Of a stretch of DNA of 64,000 nucleotides, positions 22,508 to 37,306 are shown piece by piece (the first letter of the stretch is position 1; each line of letters opens with the position of its first letter). The notes beneath the pieces are model-generated. The model saw nothing but the letters and a program-made list of their open reading frames with translations. It searched no databases and was not told the origin of the DNA. The DNA comes from Paraspadella gotoi (lineage: Eukaryota; Animalia; Chaetognatha), in assembly GCA_051294375.1 (NCBI GenBank), contig CM119267.1, forward strand, positions 14,501,694-14,565,693. Reading direction: 5' to 3'. The position numbers and the translations under genes were made by a program.

Positions 22508-23655
22508 ATGGCATCGGCGGCGGTTTAGAAACGCCTCTAATCGCCGAGGACAGGGCGATATCTTCTTTTTATTATCCTTCCTTTCTTTCTGAGCTTCTCG
22601 GTCTCGAGGTACCCGTCGAAAACATTTCCTCCCCATCTCGATCAACACGCTTAGCCACCTGGAGATGGTTACCGTGAATGCTTGAGCCGCGTTCGTGCCC
22701 ACGGATATTGGAAGGACGTCATTGTCGCCGCCGTAAAGTTATATCGGCCTGAGATTGGCCTCCTCGGATCGCTATGACGAGAGCGTCTGCGAGCTCATTT
22801 CCACATCGCATGACGCCATGTTCCACCGCGACTCTGGTCTCGCCTCTGCCACGATCACGTTAAAATCAACGAAAATTTTAACGGAACCGATATCTCCAAT
22901 CCCTTTGGTTGTGTACCACTTAGGGCACAAAAATGGTACCCCCTTTCAAAGTGGACCCCTCTCACCGATTCGTCTTCACGGCGGCCAGCGATAGTCCCGA
23001 GTCACGTGACCAACAATCAAACGAAAAAAACTATATTTTATTACAAAGAGCCAGTATGCCCTTAACCTCTATGGCGAGAACCCCGGCAAGGTTACCTGTC
23101 TCGAAATCAACGGCGACTTGTTGTTCGTCGGCTGCAAATCAACGGAACTGTCGCAGTGTGGAACTGGAAGACGGCCCGTCACATCAATCAGGTCGCCCAC
23201 GCGGCTGGGCATCCTCGCGCTGAAGGCTCGTCATCGCCGCCTCATGGTTGGCTGTCGAGACCACACCGCCTCTCTCTGGCGATTTTCCTCGGCCAACCGC
23301 TCCGGCTTCCATAGGGCGACTTTCCGTGTTACTCGTGGCCTCATCCGCGCGGTCGACTTCAACGCTACTCACGCCGTCATAGTTTCCGACAACACCGTCG
23401 GCGTCTGGTATCTGGAGAATGAGACGCAATTACGGACATTGCCAGGAATACAGTCACCTGCATGTCCCTTCACCGAAACCTCCTTATTGTCGGTCCATCG
23501 ATAGATCAGTTAAACTTTGGGACGTAGTATCTGGAAAATGTCTAAAGGTTTCTGGAAGAGTGCGCCGCTGAGGTCACCTGTCTAACCACTGATTGGAAGG
23601 AAAAACTCTTCACCGGCGACAGGAGTGGAACGTTAGAGTTTGGGATCTCAAAAAG
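22508..23655 (+). pseudogene. Frameshifted copy of F-box/WD40 exon 1 (likely sequencing-error copy)
   Basis: Near-identical to 38768-39925 with 1-bp indels. Confidence 0.75.
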
Positions 23656-23875
23656 GTGAGGAAAACTGGGTATGAAAGACTTTTTACGTAGGTGATTTAC
23701 CATTCATTCAAGTTTTCTTCATGCGCAATAAAATTAGTGCAACCATATAAATTATCCATTTATTCAATATGTACATTATCTTATTCGATAATAACCTTCG
23801 ATTCGTTGTGTTGTGAGATTAGCAAGAGAATTTGTTTTTATTACAACAAAGATTTATTTTAAACAATATGAAACA

Positions 23876-23909
23876 GACATGTTTCGACTCTAGTAAGAGT
23901 CTTCATCAG
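23876..23909 (-). ncRNA. Minimal type I hammerhead ribozyme (duplicate of 40157-40190)
   Basis: Minus strand reads CTGATGA-A-GACTC-ttacta-GAGTC-GAAACATGTC. Confidence 0.7.
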
Positions 23910-26900
23910 CGCATTTGTGAAAATTTAACTACAAATTATGGGAGAGGAGACAGAGAAAAAAGAGAGAGAGAGACGCAAAGTTTTCCAACAAAGAATTAAG
24001 GAAGGAGAGTGGTCAGAGGTGAGGACAGGTTAAGCTCAAGACGATTTGAATTTAGTTTGTGAAAGAAATTAAATTTTTGAGACAGAGAGAGAGAGAAATG
24101 AGACGGTAAATATACATTTAGTTAATGTAAAACAAAGTTAAATGTTATTTTTAACTAAAGTTTTGAAATTTATCAACAATTACCTAATAATAAATAGATA
24201 GTTGGAATGAAATAAGTGAAATTGAAAGAGTTGGAGGATGGAAAGGGATAGCTAAGCAAAAGAAAAAGTGAAATAAAGATTTCAATTCGATTTCTTTTTA
24301 AATTTTTATATTTTGCTGTTTTTACTGCAGTCAAATATATTTGCGCGGTCTTGTACTGATTTCGTTTCTGTTGGTTTTAGGCTATCTTCAGCCACTAACG
24401 AAAAAATAAAATTAATGTCATAGTATGAAATAATAAATGAGTTAAAATTTCTATCAAATTTTTTTCATTTTTTTTTTTTTTTTACTGTTTTTGCCAAATA
24501 TTTTTTTTAAATTAAAGACAACATGATTAACTAATGTAACTACAATGTTTTGGTATATTTTCTTGCCGGAACAAAGAAAATTCATTGACATTATATGTAT
24601 CAATATGGAGCCCTGAAATACCTTATTTTCTTTATAATATATCTCTTATTGATAAAGAAAACTATTTCACCATACCGCTACATTCATTTGCATATTATGA
24701 AAAGGCTGTAGTGGTTTTTTAAAATTCGTTTATACAGAAGGCTTCATATTATATGTGGTAACCCTTTTTTATGACCAGAATCGTGTTCCTACCAAAATAC
24801 CTGATCGAATTTCATGAAATTTTACATTTAGTCTTAATGACGTTATAAATGGAACTATCGAGCGCAATTTTAATATTCAACCCCTGACAAGAAGATACAG
24901 GGCCCTGGGGGTGGACCCCTGGGGGCCAAAAAACCTAAAATTGATATAAAAAAAATTTTAAAACTCAAATTGAAAAATTTTCAATATATCAGCATAGTTT
25001 GAAGATGCATGGTTCATCATTTTACTTCTAACTATTTATTACAAAAACTGACTTGAACTGCTGATGTTCATGAAGCTGAAAATTAAGGTAAACTAATATT
25101 TCTGTGATAATTAATGTTTTTGTTTAAAAAGTAAACGTCTATGCAACTGTTCAAAACAAAAATAATGAAAAAATTTAAAACAATTTTTGGCCATTTATTG
25201 GCCCCTAGGGTGACCCTCCGGGCCCAGGGCTCAGGTCAAATATGAATTTCGCCTCGATAGTTCTATTAGGATCGTTCATTCAAATTTCAATAAATTTGGT
25301 CCAGTAGCTTTCTCGGAACGTGTTCTGGATAATAAACATTTTATAATATGAAGCTTCTGTTATATTATTCATATTGAATATTCATATGCACCTAAAGATT
25401 ACCCAAATTTATAATTTAGCCTTTGTCTGTCATTTTTAAATATCAGACGGAACAAAGTTTTTATATTATAATTAATATATTATTTTATTATTTGTTATTA
25501 TTATATATTATAATAGATTGGAAAGTTGTGAGAGAACTTAGGAGTATGTTTTTGGATACCACGACCTATCTACAATTTTTAATCGTAAGGAAACCTTTAT
25601 CTCAAGATCTATACAATGAGAATACTGTTCTTCAGAAACTTATTCCGTTTTTTCAACATAAGAACATTTATTGTTTAAATTTAATTAATTAATTTTATTT
25701 AACTGTTTTTTTTCTCTCTATTTTATAATGTTTTTCGTTTGCTCAGACTTAGTCTGTTTGTTTATTTGTTGATGATGATTGTACTGAATCAACCTTGTTG
25801 TATTCGAATAAAATCGCATATATTTAAATAATGTTTTTTAAGGTTACTACATGAAATTTGTTTATTTTTTCTTTTCATCAAATTATAATTTATTATTCTT
25901 AGTATTTACTTATACGTATGAGGCATATAAAAATTTCGCTTATATGACAAACAAATTCAAGCTTTTCTCTTTCAGAAACTATAATTTTTAATTTTTTAAA
26001 CATTTTCCAAGTATGTTTAAATCAAATTCAAAAGTTGTTATACTTTTGACTAAAATAAAATTTAACGAACGTTGATTTGTTTTGAAAATTGGGCGTGGAA
26101 AATGACCTTTTTATGTGGATTATTTCTAAACGCTTGATCGATTGATTTGAAATGTTGTATCAACAATAAAGCGGTAGATATAAAAATCAAGTGGATTCAA
26201 AATTCGAATAATAATAAAAAAAAATTATTTTTCTTTTTCAATTTTCGCATACGCCCATATTTATCATAGTACTCACCATAGAAAATGTCGAATTTAGAAG
26301 GTTTTTTTTATTTTAAATCGCGATTCGAATTCCTCACAAAAAGTTTGATATAAAGAATATGTAAGTTCTTTAATAAAAATTCTTCATTAATGGTTGCATA
26401 AATTCTAAAAAACCTATTATAATTACTAATAATAAAATTTTTTAGGTTGAATTAAATAGTTTTTTGAAATTTTGAACCACTAATGAATAATTTTCTATAA
26501 GACGTTATATCTTCTAATATCAACTTTTGTTTGAGGAATTCGAATCTGCATTTTAAAACATAAAAAAAAAACCTTCTAAAATTCGACATTTTCTATGGTG
26601 AGTACTATGTATAATATGGGCGTATGCGAAAATTGAAAAAGAAATAATTAATTTTTTTTTTTTTATTATTCGAATTTTGATTCCACTTGATTTTATATTT
26701 TTGCTACGCTTTATTGTTGATACAACATTTCAATCAAATCGATCCAAGCCGTTTAGAAATAATCCACATAAAAAGGGTCATTTTCGCACGCCCAATTTTT
26801 CAAAACAAAATCAACGTTCTTAAATTTTTATTTTAGTCAAAAGTATACAACATTTTGCAATTGATTTACATACCTTGGAAAATGTTTTAAAAATTAAAAA

Positions 26901-29474
26901 TTATAGTTTCTGAAAGAAGAAAAGCTGAATTTGTTTGTCAATATAAGGCGAAATTTTATATGCTCATACGTATAAGTAAATTCTAAGAATTAATAATTAT
27001 AATTTTGATGAAAAGAAAAAATAAACAAATTTCATGTAGTACCTTAAAAACATTATTTAAATATGATGCGATTTTATTCGAAACAACAAGGTTGATTCAG
27101 TACAACATCATACAAATAACAAACAGACTAGTCTGAGCAACGAAAAACATATAATAGAAGAGAAAAAAACAGTTAATAAAATTAATTTAATTAAAATTTA
27201 AAAATTAACAATTGTTCTTATGTTGTAAAAAACGGGAATAAGTTTTTCTGAAAAGAAAGTATTTCCTCATGTATAGATCTTGAGCATAAAGTTCCTTACG
27301 ATTAAAATTGAGATAGGTTCGTGGTATTACAAACATACTCCTAAGTTCTTCTCACACTTTCCCAATCGTATTATAAATATTTAATAAACAAATAATAATA
27401 AATAATATATAAATTATAAACTATAAAAACTTTGTTCCGGCTGATTTAAAAATGACAGACAAAGGGCTAAATTTTAAATTTGGTATCTTAGGCAATTTAA
27501 AACCTTTCATGTATTCATAATACATTAATATGAATAATTGAATACAGAAGCTTCATAATTATAAAATGTAGGTACCCCTTTTTTTGACCAGAAACAGTTC
27601 GAGAAGCTTTAATCTCGGACCAAATTTATTGAAATTTTAGAATGAACGATCCTAGTCTATAAATAGAACTATCGAGGCGAATTTCAAATATTTGCCCTGA
27701 GCGAGATCTATGGGGGCCCCCCCCGGGAAAGGGGGTTTTTTTTTTTTCACCCTTTTGGGCGTAATAAATGGCCAAAATTTTTTTAAATTTTTTCATTATT
27801 TTTGTTTTGAACAGTTGCATAGGCGTTTACTTTTAAACAAAAACGATTAAATTATTCACAGGAATATTAGTTTACCTTAATTTTCAGCTTCATGAACATC
27901 AGCAAGTTCAAGGTCAGTTTTTGGAATAATATAGGAAAATTGGAAGTAAAATGATGAACCATGCATTTCAAACTATGGCTGAATTATTGAAAATTTTTAA
28001 TTGATTAAAATTTTGTTTTTATGTCAATTTTTAGGTTCTTTTTTGGCCCCCGAGGGGTCCACCCTAAGGGCCCTGTATCTCTTGTCAGGGGTTGAATATT
28101 AAAATTCGCCTCGATAGTTCCATTTATACGTCATTAAGATAATGTAAAATTTATGGAAATTCGATCAGGTAGTTTGGTAGAAACAGATCTGGTCAAAAAA
28201 AGGGTCTACCACATCTTTATAATATGAAGCCTTCTGTATAAAACGATTTTTATAAAAAAAAACCACGACAGCTTTTCATAACATGAAATGAATGTAGCGG
28301 TATGGGTGAAATAGTTTTCTTTTATCATAAAGAGATAAATTTACAAAGAAAATAAGGTATTTCAGGGCTTCCATTTGATACTATAATTGTCAATGATTTT
28401 CTTATTGTTTCCGGCAAGTGAAATATACCTAAAACATTGTAGTACATTAGTTAATATTATGTTTATAATTCTTTTAAAAAAATATTTTGGCAAAACAGTA
28501 AAAAAAAAATAAAAATTTGAAAAAATTCAATTCATTCTATTTCTATATGACTTATTTTTGTCATTGAAAGATAGCCTAAACCCAACAAACATCTCCGTGA
28601 AAATTACTGCATATAACCACATATAATTAACGTTGAAACGTTTTTTTGAAAACTTTATTATTTTTTCCGGGGCTGGATAGCAACTGTAATCTGATAATTT
28701 ATGGAAAGCTTGTTTTTTATTACTGCTTATGTGCTGAAAAGACTGCCTAGGAACCCAACAAACGATATTCAGAACCTGCTTCGTCTTGGAAATTTTTTGC
28801 TTGCTGCGGAAACGACAAATCTAAAATTTTAAAAAATCAATTATTTTCACTTTCTCTTTGCTTAGCTATCTCTTTCCATCCCTCCAACTCTTTCAATTTC
28901 ACTTATTTTCATTTTCCACATAATCATTATTATTAGGTAATTGTTTGATAAATTTCAAAATTAGTTTAAAAATAACATTTAACTTTTTAAAATGTATTAT
29001 TTACGTCTCATTTCTCTCTCTCTCTCTGTCTCAAAATTTAATTTCTTTTCACCAAACTAATTCACAATCTAGTTGAGCTTAACCTCCCTCGCACCTCTGA
29101 CGCACTCTCCTTTCCCTAATTCTTTGTTGGAAACCTTTGGTCTCTCTCTCTTTTTTTTCTCTCCGTCTCCTCTCCCATATTTGTGAGTTAAATTTTCACA
29201 AATGCGCCTGATGAAGACTCTTACGATAGGTCGAAACCATGTCTGTTTTCTATTGTTTAAAATTAAAATCTTTGTTGTAATAAAAAAAATTCTCTTTGCT
29301 ATCTCACAACAACAACGAATCAAAAGGTTAATTATCGAATAAGATAATGTACATATTGAAATAAATGGATAATTTATATGGTGCAACTAATTTTATTGCG
29401 CCTGAAGAAAACTTGATATGAATGGTAACATACACCTTAACGTAAAAAGTCTCTTATCCCAGCTTTTTTCCTCA

Positions 29475-30647
29475 CCTTTTTGAGATCCCAAACTCTAAGC
29501 GTTCCCACTCCTGTCGCCGGTGAAGAGTTTTTCCTTTCCAATCAGGTGGGTTAGCAGGTGACCTCAGCGGGCGCCTCTTCAGAACCTTTTAGACATTTTT
29601 CCAGATACTACGTCCAAAGTTTAACTGATCTATCGATGGACGCCGACAATAAGGAGGTTCCGGTGAAGGGACATGCAGGTGACTGTATTCCCTGGCAATG
29701 TCCGTAATTGCGTCTCATTCTCAGATACCAGACCGCCGACGGTGTTGTCGGAAACTATGACGGCGTGAGTAGCGTTGAAGTCGACCGCGCGGATGAGGCC
29801 ATGGGAGTAACACTAAAGTCCGCCTCATGGAAGCCGGAGCGGTGGCCGAGAAAATCGCCAGAGAGACGGCGTGTGGTTCGACAGCCAACCATGAGGCGGC
29901 GATGACGAGCCTTCAAGCGCGAGGATCCCAGCCGGTGGCGACCTGATTTGAGTGACGGGCCGTCTTCCAGTTTCCACACTGCGAAGTTCCGTTATTGCAG
30001 CCGACGAACAACAAGGTGCCGTGATTTCGGGACAGGTAACCTTGCCGGGTTTCTCGCCATAGAGTTAAGGGCATACTCGCTCTTTGTAATAAAATATAGT
30101 TTTTTTTCGTTTGATGTTGGTCACGGTGACCTCGGGACTATCGCTGCCGCGCCGGAAGCGTGACCGACGGAATCGGTGAGAGGGGTCCACTTTGAAAAGG
30201 GGTACCAGTTTTGTTGCCCTAAGTGGTACACACAAAAGGATTGGAGATATCGGTTTCCGTTAAAATTTTCGTTGATTTTTAACGTGATCGTGGCAGAGCG
30301 AAGACCAGAGTCGGACGTGGAACATGGCGTCATGCGATTGGAAATGAGCTCGCAGCGCTCTTCGTCATAGCGATCGAGGAAGGCCCAATCTTTCAAGCGA
30401 TATAACTTTATCGCGGCGACAATGACGTCCTTCAATATCCGTGGGCTACGAACGCGGCTCAAGCATTCAGCGGTTAACCATCTCCGGTGGGCTAAGCGTG
30501 GTTGGATCCGAGATGGGGGAGAGAATGTTTTTCGAACGGTTACTCGAGACCCGAGAGAAAGCTCAGAAAGAAAGGAAGGATAATAAAAAGAAGATATCGC
30601 GCTGTCCTGTGCGATTAGAGCGTTTCTAAAAACGCCGTCCGATGCAT
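29475..30647 (-). pseudogene. Inverted degraded copy of F-box/WD40 exon 1
   Basis: Reverse complement of 38768-39925 with dense indels. Confidence 0.7.
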
Positions 30648-30857
30648 GATTGTGCGTTTTTTACTGGTCACTAAGCCGATTAGCAAAAAAAATAAGAAGG
30701 AAAAATAAAATATTCCATAGCAATGCAGATAACATCAAACTATAGTATATTTAATTGTTGAAAAAACAATATATTATAAAGCGAAACTAGATAAATTCAT
30801 TAATGTTGTTATATGGTTATCTGTTACAAGTACTTTTAGTATGTTGCATTTACTTTT

Positions 30858-32227
30858 AGTTAAATGTTGCATTACTTTTAGTAAATGTCGCCAAATTTCC
30901 TCCAATCTTCTTCATGCGATCCTTCTAATTCACGAGGCGCTTTGTGCTGCCTTCGATGTCCTCGATGAGGTGTGTTGCCCTCTTTCTTCTTTGCGGTTTC
31001 TTCTTCCAACGAGTGTCGTAGTTGTGATTCATTTGCTCAGAAAAAGGTTGCCGCCACCCATGTAACTCGTCACAATGACCTTTTCCCCCGTCTTATCGTT
31101 CGAGAGGACGGCATCCTGGGCAAAACCTTAGCGGCACATCTTCGGCATCCTGGGAGGCCGTGGAATTGCATAGTGCCGCCGTGGGAAGACGCCACAGTGG
31201 TGGAATCCAGTCCTCCGCCGAAGGCCATAGCGCGGTGGGGGGGAATGCTCGGGAAGGTAGCGGTGGGGGTACTCTGCGTCTTTCGTAGTTTTTTAAAACA
31301 ACACCTCGTTGGATTGCGGAACGGCGCGTCAGATGTCGTTTCTTTCTTTTAAAATCTTTAACTTGAAAATCCTGTTATTAGCCATATTTCCTGTATCCAT
31401 GAAAACAAGAACGGAGGCTATTGCCCGAAACGGACAGAACTTCGGCTCGATAGTAAGTCTCCCTCATAATTTTGCGGCAACGAAGTGCCGACGGTCGGTG
31501 GTTCCGCGCGAGAGGAATGTCTTCTGAATTATAACTCTGCCATGTTTCTTTAAAGTTTTCTGCTCGTTTTGCTCTCCACGGAGGGGGCAAATCAAAAATC
31601 TCCAATGGACAAACGATTCGATGACAGCGAAAACAATTTTTGGAAAGGTGACACTGAATATTGATCCTTCGCATCCAACAGCACTTATACGGAGAGTACC
31701 CGCCGTGTAGATCCTCGATTTTTTTCAATGACCTTCAGTTCTGGCTATAGGTCTTTTCTTCCTCGCAAACTCATCGTGAATTCCTGAACTTGACTTTCAA
31801 TAACATCCGTCTTGTTTGCCACAAATGGGAAACGGCCTTCTCCTTGCCATTTTCCCTCGGCTAAGACGCGCAGATCCTTCAGAGACGACAGTTGCGATGT
31901 TGCCATAATCGGTAAACCAAGATCCTCGCCGACGCCACGTCGGACTCAAGCACGATGGCTCGGTTAGTAAATTAATCCTGATAAAACCAAGTACGTTCTC
32001 TCCACGAGATGGCGGTGAACTGAAGAACGGATAAACGGACTACGCTGGAGGAACGGATCGCAGGTCGTCGATTTTATAAAATCCGATTCAATCCGGAGGG
32101 TTCATTTCCTCATTACACGACAGCAATCCATCAGCGGTCACAAAAGCATTTTTCTTCCGGATTTATAAACGGGAATGAAGCAATTTTAGTCGCTCTCCTT
32201 TTGACGAAAGTCTCTTGTTTCTGATAT
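30858..32227 (-). pseudogene. Inverted degraded copy of the Tudor gene
   Basis: Reverse complement of 37307-38563 with dense indels and an unalignable GC-rich patch at about 31115-31270. Confidence 0.7.
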
Positions 32228-33681
32228 GAGCTTTTGTCTGCTCTAAAGGCAGTGATTTTGAGTTCGGGTATTTTCACCCATGAATTTGGAACTTTACTAC
32301 TATTATACTTTTTTCACACTGATAAATATGAAACACCCTTATTTAAAAACGGTTAGCTATGTATATTCTTCTCTTTATAACAAGAAGTTCATAGGTAATT
32401 TCTATGCCTTTAAATAGTTAAAGACATTGATTTCTTTTTCGCAGCGATCAATCAATTACGGTAATCAGTCTTAAATAAAAACTAAAAACGATTTTTCCAT
32501 GGAAGAACCAACTTTTAGAGGATAATTTTCGTAGAGATTGTCCGTATTTTAGTAGTATACTACTGGCTTAGGTAGGTAGCCGCACTCATGGGGTGAGTCA
32601 AAATTTAGGTGAGTATAATGCTCATACGAATATTTATGACATTTTAAGAATACTTTCATGACAAAAAATTTTCTAATATGGCTCTATACCTAAGTATTAA
32701 TTTTTTAATATTTATTTATAGATAGGAAAGGCCAAAATTTTTTTGGGAATTTTTAAATTTATGACCAGATTCCCGATAGCTCATAAAAATGTTGTCTACN
32801 NNNNNNNNNNNNNNNNNNNNNNNNTGTCAGAGAGATTCCTCTCTCAAAATTTCACCACTTAATTTCTTTTCACAATCTAGCTCAATCTGTCTTCACCTTA
32901 ACCTGTCCTCACATCTGACCACTATTCTTTTCTCACTCTGTGTTGGAAAACTTTGCCCTCTCTCTGTCTCCCTCTCTCTCTCTCTCTCTTCTTTCTTTAC
33001 TTTTCCTTTGCACAAATAGTTTGTAAAATTCACAAACAATTTTTCTATGGCGCTGAAGGCTTGTAATTTAAAGCCGAAACATGTACGTCCCATTGTACCA
33101 ATAAAATCGTTTGTTGTAAACAAATTCAAACTTCTTCTACTAATACTTTTGGCTGTAAAAAAATTTTTAAAGCCAACTTTTAATTTTTGTAAGGTGTTTT
33201 TTAAAACTAAAACTCGTTTTTTAACTAATTTTATAGTTATATCTGATGAGAAACACACTTTTTTAAATAAAAAAAAACCGCATTCCTTTAATCTCATGGG
33301 AAGCTTCAGGACATTTTTTTCTCCCAATCGACACGTTTTTGCTACAAAAATCTGTCGATTTTTTAACACCTAGGCAACCAAACTTTCCGCTTAAAATCTT
33401 GCACTACCCTAATTTTTTTTCTTACAATACATTCAGTATGATTTAAATTTAAAAAAATTAGTGAGAAGGAGAAAAGATAAGAGAAGCAAGAGTATGGGTG
33501 AAAAAAGGGGCAGGAGGAGGGAGAAACAAGTGAAAAAAATTATTAATATGGGGAGAATAGGAAGAACGAGAATGATTAAGAGAAAAGAAAAAAACAAGAA
33601 AGAAGGAAGAAAAGAATCAGAGAGGGAGTGAAAAGCAGAGATAGAGCGGAAGGGAAATAAGGTAAAGGAAGAAAAGAATGG

Positions 33682-34330
33682 TATGAACAGTAATGAGCGT
33701 AGAGAAAAGTTACATACGAATTCTAAAGTCAATTAGAACAACATACCATCAGTGAACATTATTTGTAAAAAAAATTCATTTTATCGTTTTTTTAATTTTT
33801 TTTGCAGTAGGCCTATATTTATATATAGTACTAATCCTTAATAAAATCGAAAATTTTCAAAAATAGGCTTTTCTTATTTTGATGCAGATTTGAAAATTCA
33901 TCGTCCAAAAGTTGATAAACAGAAAATATAATCATTTTTAAAAAATTCTTTCATTAGTGGGGTAAAAAAAAATTAAAAAACTAATGATTATATAATAAAA
34001 AATTAATTTCAGCTTAAAAATATAGCTTTTTCCTAAATTTTTGAACCCACTAATGAAGGAATTTATTCAAAAGAGTTATATTTCTTTTTAATCAACTTTT
34101 TTAATGACGATCCAAATCTGCAAAAAAAATCTTAGAAAAAAACTGTTTTGCAAATTTTAACATTTATTGGTTTAGTACTAGTATACAATATGGCTCACTG
34201 CGTAAATTGTAAAATTATTATAAATTTTTTTTTATTACATAAATGTTCATAGTAGTAATAATGTTGTTCGTTCTCACTTTTAGAAATGTTTAATTAAGTT
34301 AAATTTTAGAAAATTTTACCTACGCCTTAA
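33682..34330. mobile_element. Degenerate foldback insertion absent from the 16.1-kb duplicate
   Basis: The flanks GAAAAGAATGG and ATGACACAGAT are contiguous at 16112-16133. It has internal inverted arms and ends CTACGCCTTAA like 43093-43103. Confidence 0.6.
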
Positions 34331-37306
34331 TGACACAGATAATATGAGAGGAAAGAGCAGAAAGGAGAAAACAGAGGTAGAAAGAGAGAGGGACCAGAAG
34401 AAAGTTCAAAAGAGAAAAGTAAATAAGAAAAGGAGTGAAAAAATAAAAAGTGTTAATACTAAAGCATACCGTTTTTTATTGTCGCAATCGTTAGCGTTTT
34501 GCGACGATATTGTGTGGTTTATGGCAACATAAGTGGCGTCGTTGTCCGCGTCGGCGGCGTTCCAAATTATAGATCGCCTTTTTTGTCGCTAACAGCTTTT
34601 GCGCAGAGGCTTGTAACGGCTTTTGCGCATAAGTGGCGTCGTCGCGGGTTGTTGTCGGCGTTCCAATTATAGATCGCCTTTTTTATGATTAAATTTGGGT
34701 GTATGAAGCTGAAAATTTATATACAGCTCTCATCATCGATGTGCTTAAATTGAGTCTGGATAGTTTATTAAAATATGTTTGTTTGATGTTTTAATCAAAA
34801 AACAATTTCTCTTTTATTTTATATTTTCTTTCTCTCTCTCTCCTCTTTTAATTACATATCTCTCTCCATCTCTCTTTCCTAGTCACTGAATTCATAGGGG
34901 AAAAAAATGAGTCTGCAGCTGGCTCTTGCAGGGGGCTTATTCTTTTTCTCTCTTTTCTCCTGCTGCTTCTGCTGCTGCACTTTTGATTTCTTTTTCTGCA
35001 GCTGGTCTGCAAGGGCTCTTTCTTTTTTCTTCTCTTTTCCTCCTGCTGCTTCTGCTGCTGCCTTTTGATTTCTTTTTTTCTGGGTGCCTCTGCTGTCTCC
35101 GCTGCTGATTCGTCTGAAAACATTTTGCTGTAACCCTTCTAACATTTAGAGATCTGTCCGTATAATTGAATGATACTTGACTGACCTATATAGGTAGCCG
35201 CACTCAATGGGGTGAGTCAAAAATTTAGAGGAGTACATGCTCAAACGAATATTTAGACATTTTTAAGAATACTTTCAATGGACAAAAAATTCTAATATGG
35301 CTCTATACCCTAGTAATATAATTTTTTAATATTTATTTATAAGATAGGAAAGGCCAAAATTTTTTTAATTTTTAAATTTAAGACCAGATTCAGATAGCTC
35401 ATAAAAAGTTGTCTACACAAAGTATGATTCTTTTTTAAATATTTTTACGATAAGTGTGTCAAAATAACGAAAAACTATAAAAAATCATCATCATCATCTT
35501 TTCAATGATTTTATCAGTTTTTTATATTTTCACTTAGAAACGTAAGAATTTTTAAAAGATGTAAATTATATTTCTGTTTAACTTTTTATGCTCTATCAGA
35601 ATCCCATCAAAAAATTTTAAAGATTTAAAAAAATATTTTTGCTCAATATAGTAATATAATATTTTTAATTAGGCAGTACCCTCAGAAGAAAGCATTTTTA
35701 CAAAAAAATATTTTAATACCATAATCTATGGTCATGATAGATTATTTTAACGCTGTATACATTAGCATTTAAATTTCATCGGCTATGGCTAACCTTAGGC
35801 AGACGTAAAATCTCCAATTAATTTTGTTAACGCCACGAGGATACGAACATCTAATCATTGTTTATCTTAAATTTTATAAATTTTACGGTTTTGATTGTCC
35901 TAACCACACTAATTTTGAAATAGTTCTACAACTATTTACGTTATAATGTTTAGTATCTTAAATGTTGAACAATCATGTTGTTATGCGTAACGATATTAAT
36001 ATCTGAGCCAAAAGGCTACATAGGCCTCAATAGGCGTGCCCAAGGCCGTATTCGTTTATATTCATTCATTCTCTCTCTCTCGCATTCGATCAAACTGCTC
36101 GCTTATGCGGGCTAAAAGTAAAACAAAAGTACCTTCAATAATGTCTCTCCAGACTTAGCACTTGCTAAAAATTAAATACGAAAATAAGTTATTTTACTGT
36201 TTTATATATATTTTTTTTTCTTTTTCTTTCTGTTTATAAATTAATTTCTTTTCTTAAATTTGATTTTTTTAGTATCAAAATTTGTCGTCAATCCAGATTT
36301 TTCTTATGCGATTGCGACGATCCTTATGCTTTTAAGATTTTTTGCCTAAGCTAGCCATAGCCGATGAAATTTAAATGCTAATGTATACGCGTTAAAATAA
36401 TCTATCATGACCATAGATTATGGTATTAAATATTTTTTTGTCAAAAATGCTTTCTTCTGAGGGTACTCGCCTAATTAAAAATATTATATTACTATATTGA
36501 GCAAAAATATTTTTTTAAAATCTTAAAATTTTTTGATGGATTCTGATAGAGCATAAAAAGTTAAACAAGAAATATAATTACAGCTTTTAAAATTCTTACG
36601 TTTTCTAAGTGAAAATATAAAAAACTGATAAAATCATTGAAAGATGATGATGATGATGATTTTTTATAGGTTTTTCTTATTTTTGACACACTTATCGTAA
36701 AAATATTTAAAAAAGAATCATACTTTGTGTAGACAACTTTTTTATGAGCTATCTGAATCTGGTCTTAAATTTAAAAATTCCAAAAAAATTTTGGCCTTTC
36801 CTATCTATAAATAAATATTAAAAAATTAAATTACTAGGGTATAGAGCCATATTAGAAATTTTTGTCCATTGAAAGTATTCTTAAAAATGTCTAAATATTC
36901 GTTTGAGCATTACTCACTCTAAATTTTTGACTCACCCCATTTGAGGCGGCTACCTCACTAGCAGTAGTATATCTAAAATACGCGACAGATCTCTAAAATC
37001 TCTAAAAGTTGGTCTTACCATGAAAAATCGTTTTTAGTTTCTTCTTAATTAAGACTGATACCGTAATTAGATTGATCGTCGTAAAAGAAATCATGTCTTA
37101 CCGTATTTTGAAAGCATAGAAATTCACCTAGTGACTTCTATGTTATAAAGAGAAGATAACTATAGCCTACCGTTTTTTTAAATAAAGGGTGTTTCATATT
37201 TATCAGTGGGAAAAAAAGTAATAATAGTTAGTAAAGTTCCAAATTCATTGTTGAAAATACCCGAATCAAAATCACTGCCTTTTAGAAGCAGACAAAAGCT
37301 CATATC

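Larger units (their letters stand above)
15268..26430 (+). repeat. Direct duplicate of about 32838-42800 (alternative haplotype or unpolished long-read copy)
   Basis: Colinear near-identity covering the Tudor and WD40 genes. Differences are mostly 1-bp indels plus two large presence/absence segments. Confidence 0.9.
26431..32799 (-). repeat. Inverted, more error-rich copy of about 20495-26430 (arm of an about 12-kb palindrome)
   Basis: Reverse-complement match throughout. It ends at the N gap 32800-32823. Confidence 0.9.

Noticed and set aside
31115-31270. GC-rich novel insertion in the inverted Tudor copy (ORF 30972-31352)
   Set aside because: It lies in the noisiest arm, replaces alignable sequence and looks like a low-quality read segment.
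21064-32227. Real gene-family expansion or programmed frameshifting of the Tudor and WD40 genes
   Set aside because: Differences are mostly single-base indels with few substitutions, the signature of unpolished long reads.
32893-33732. ORFs of 99-158 aa
   Set aside because: AT- or purine-rich repeat sequence with no domain, and the frames are not kept in the 15-16 kb duplicate.
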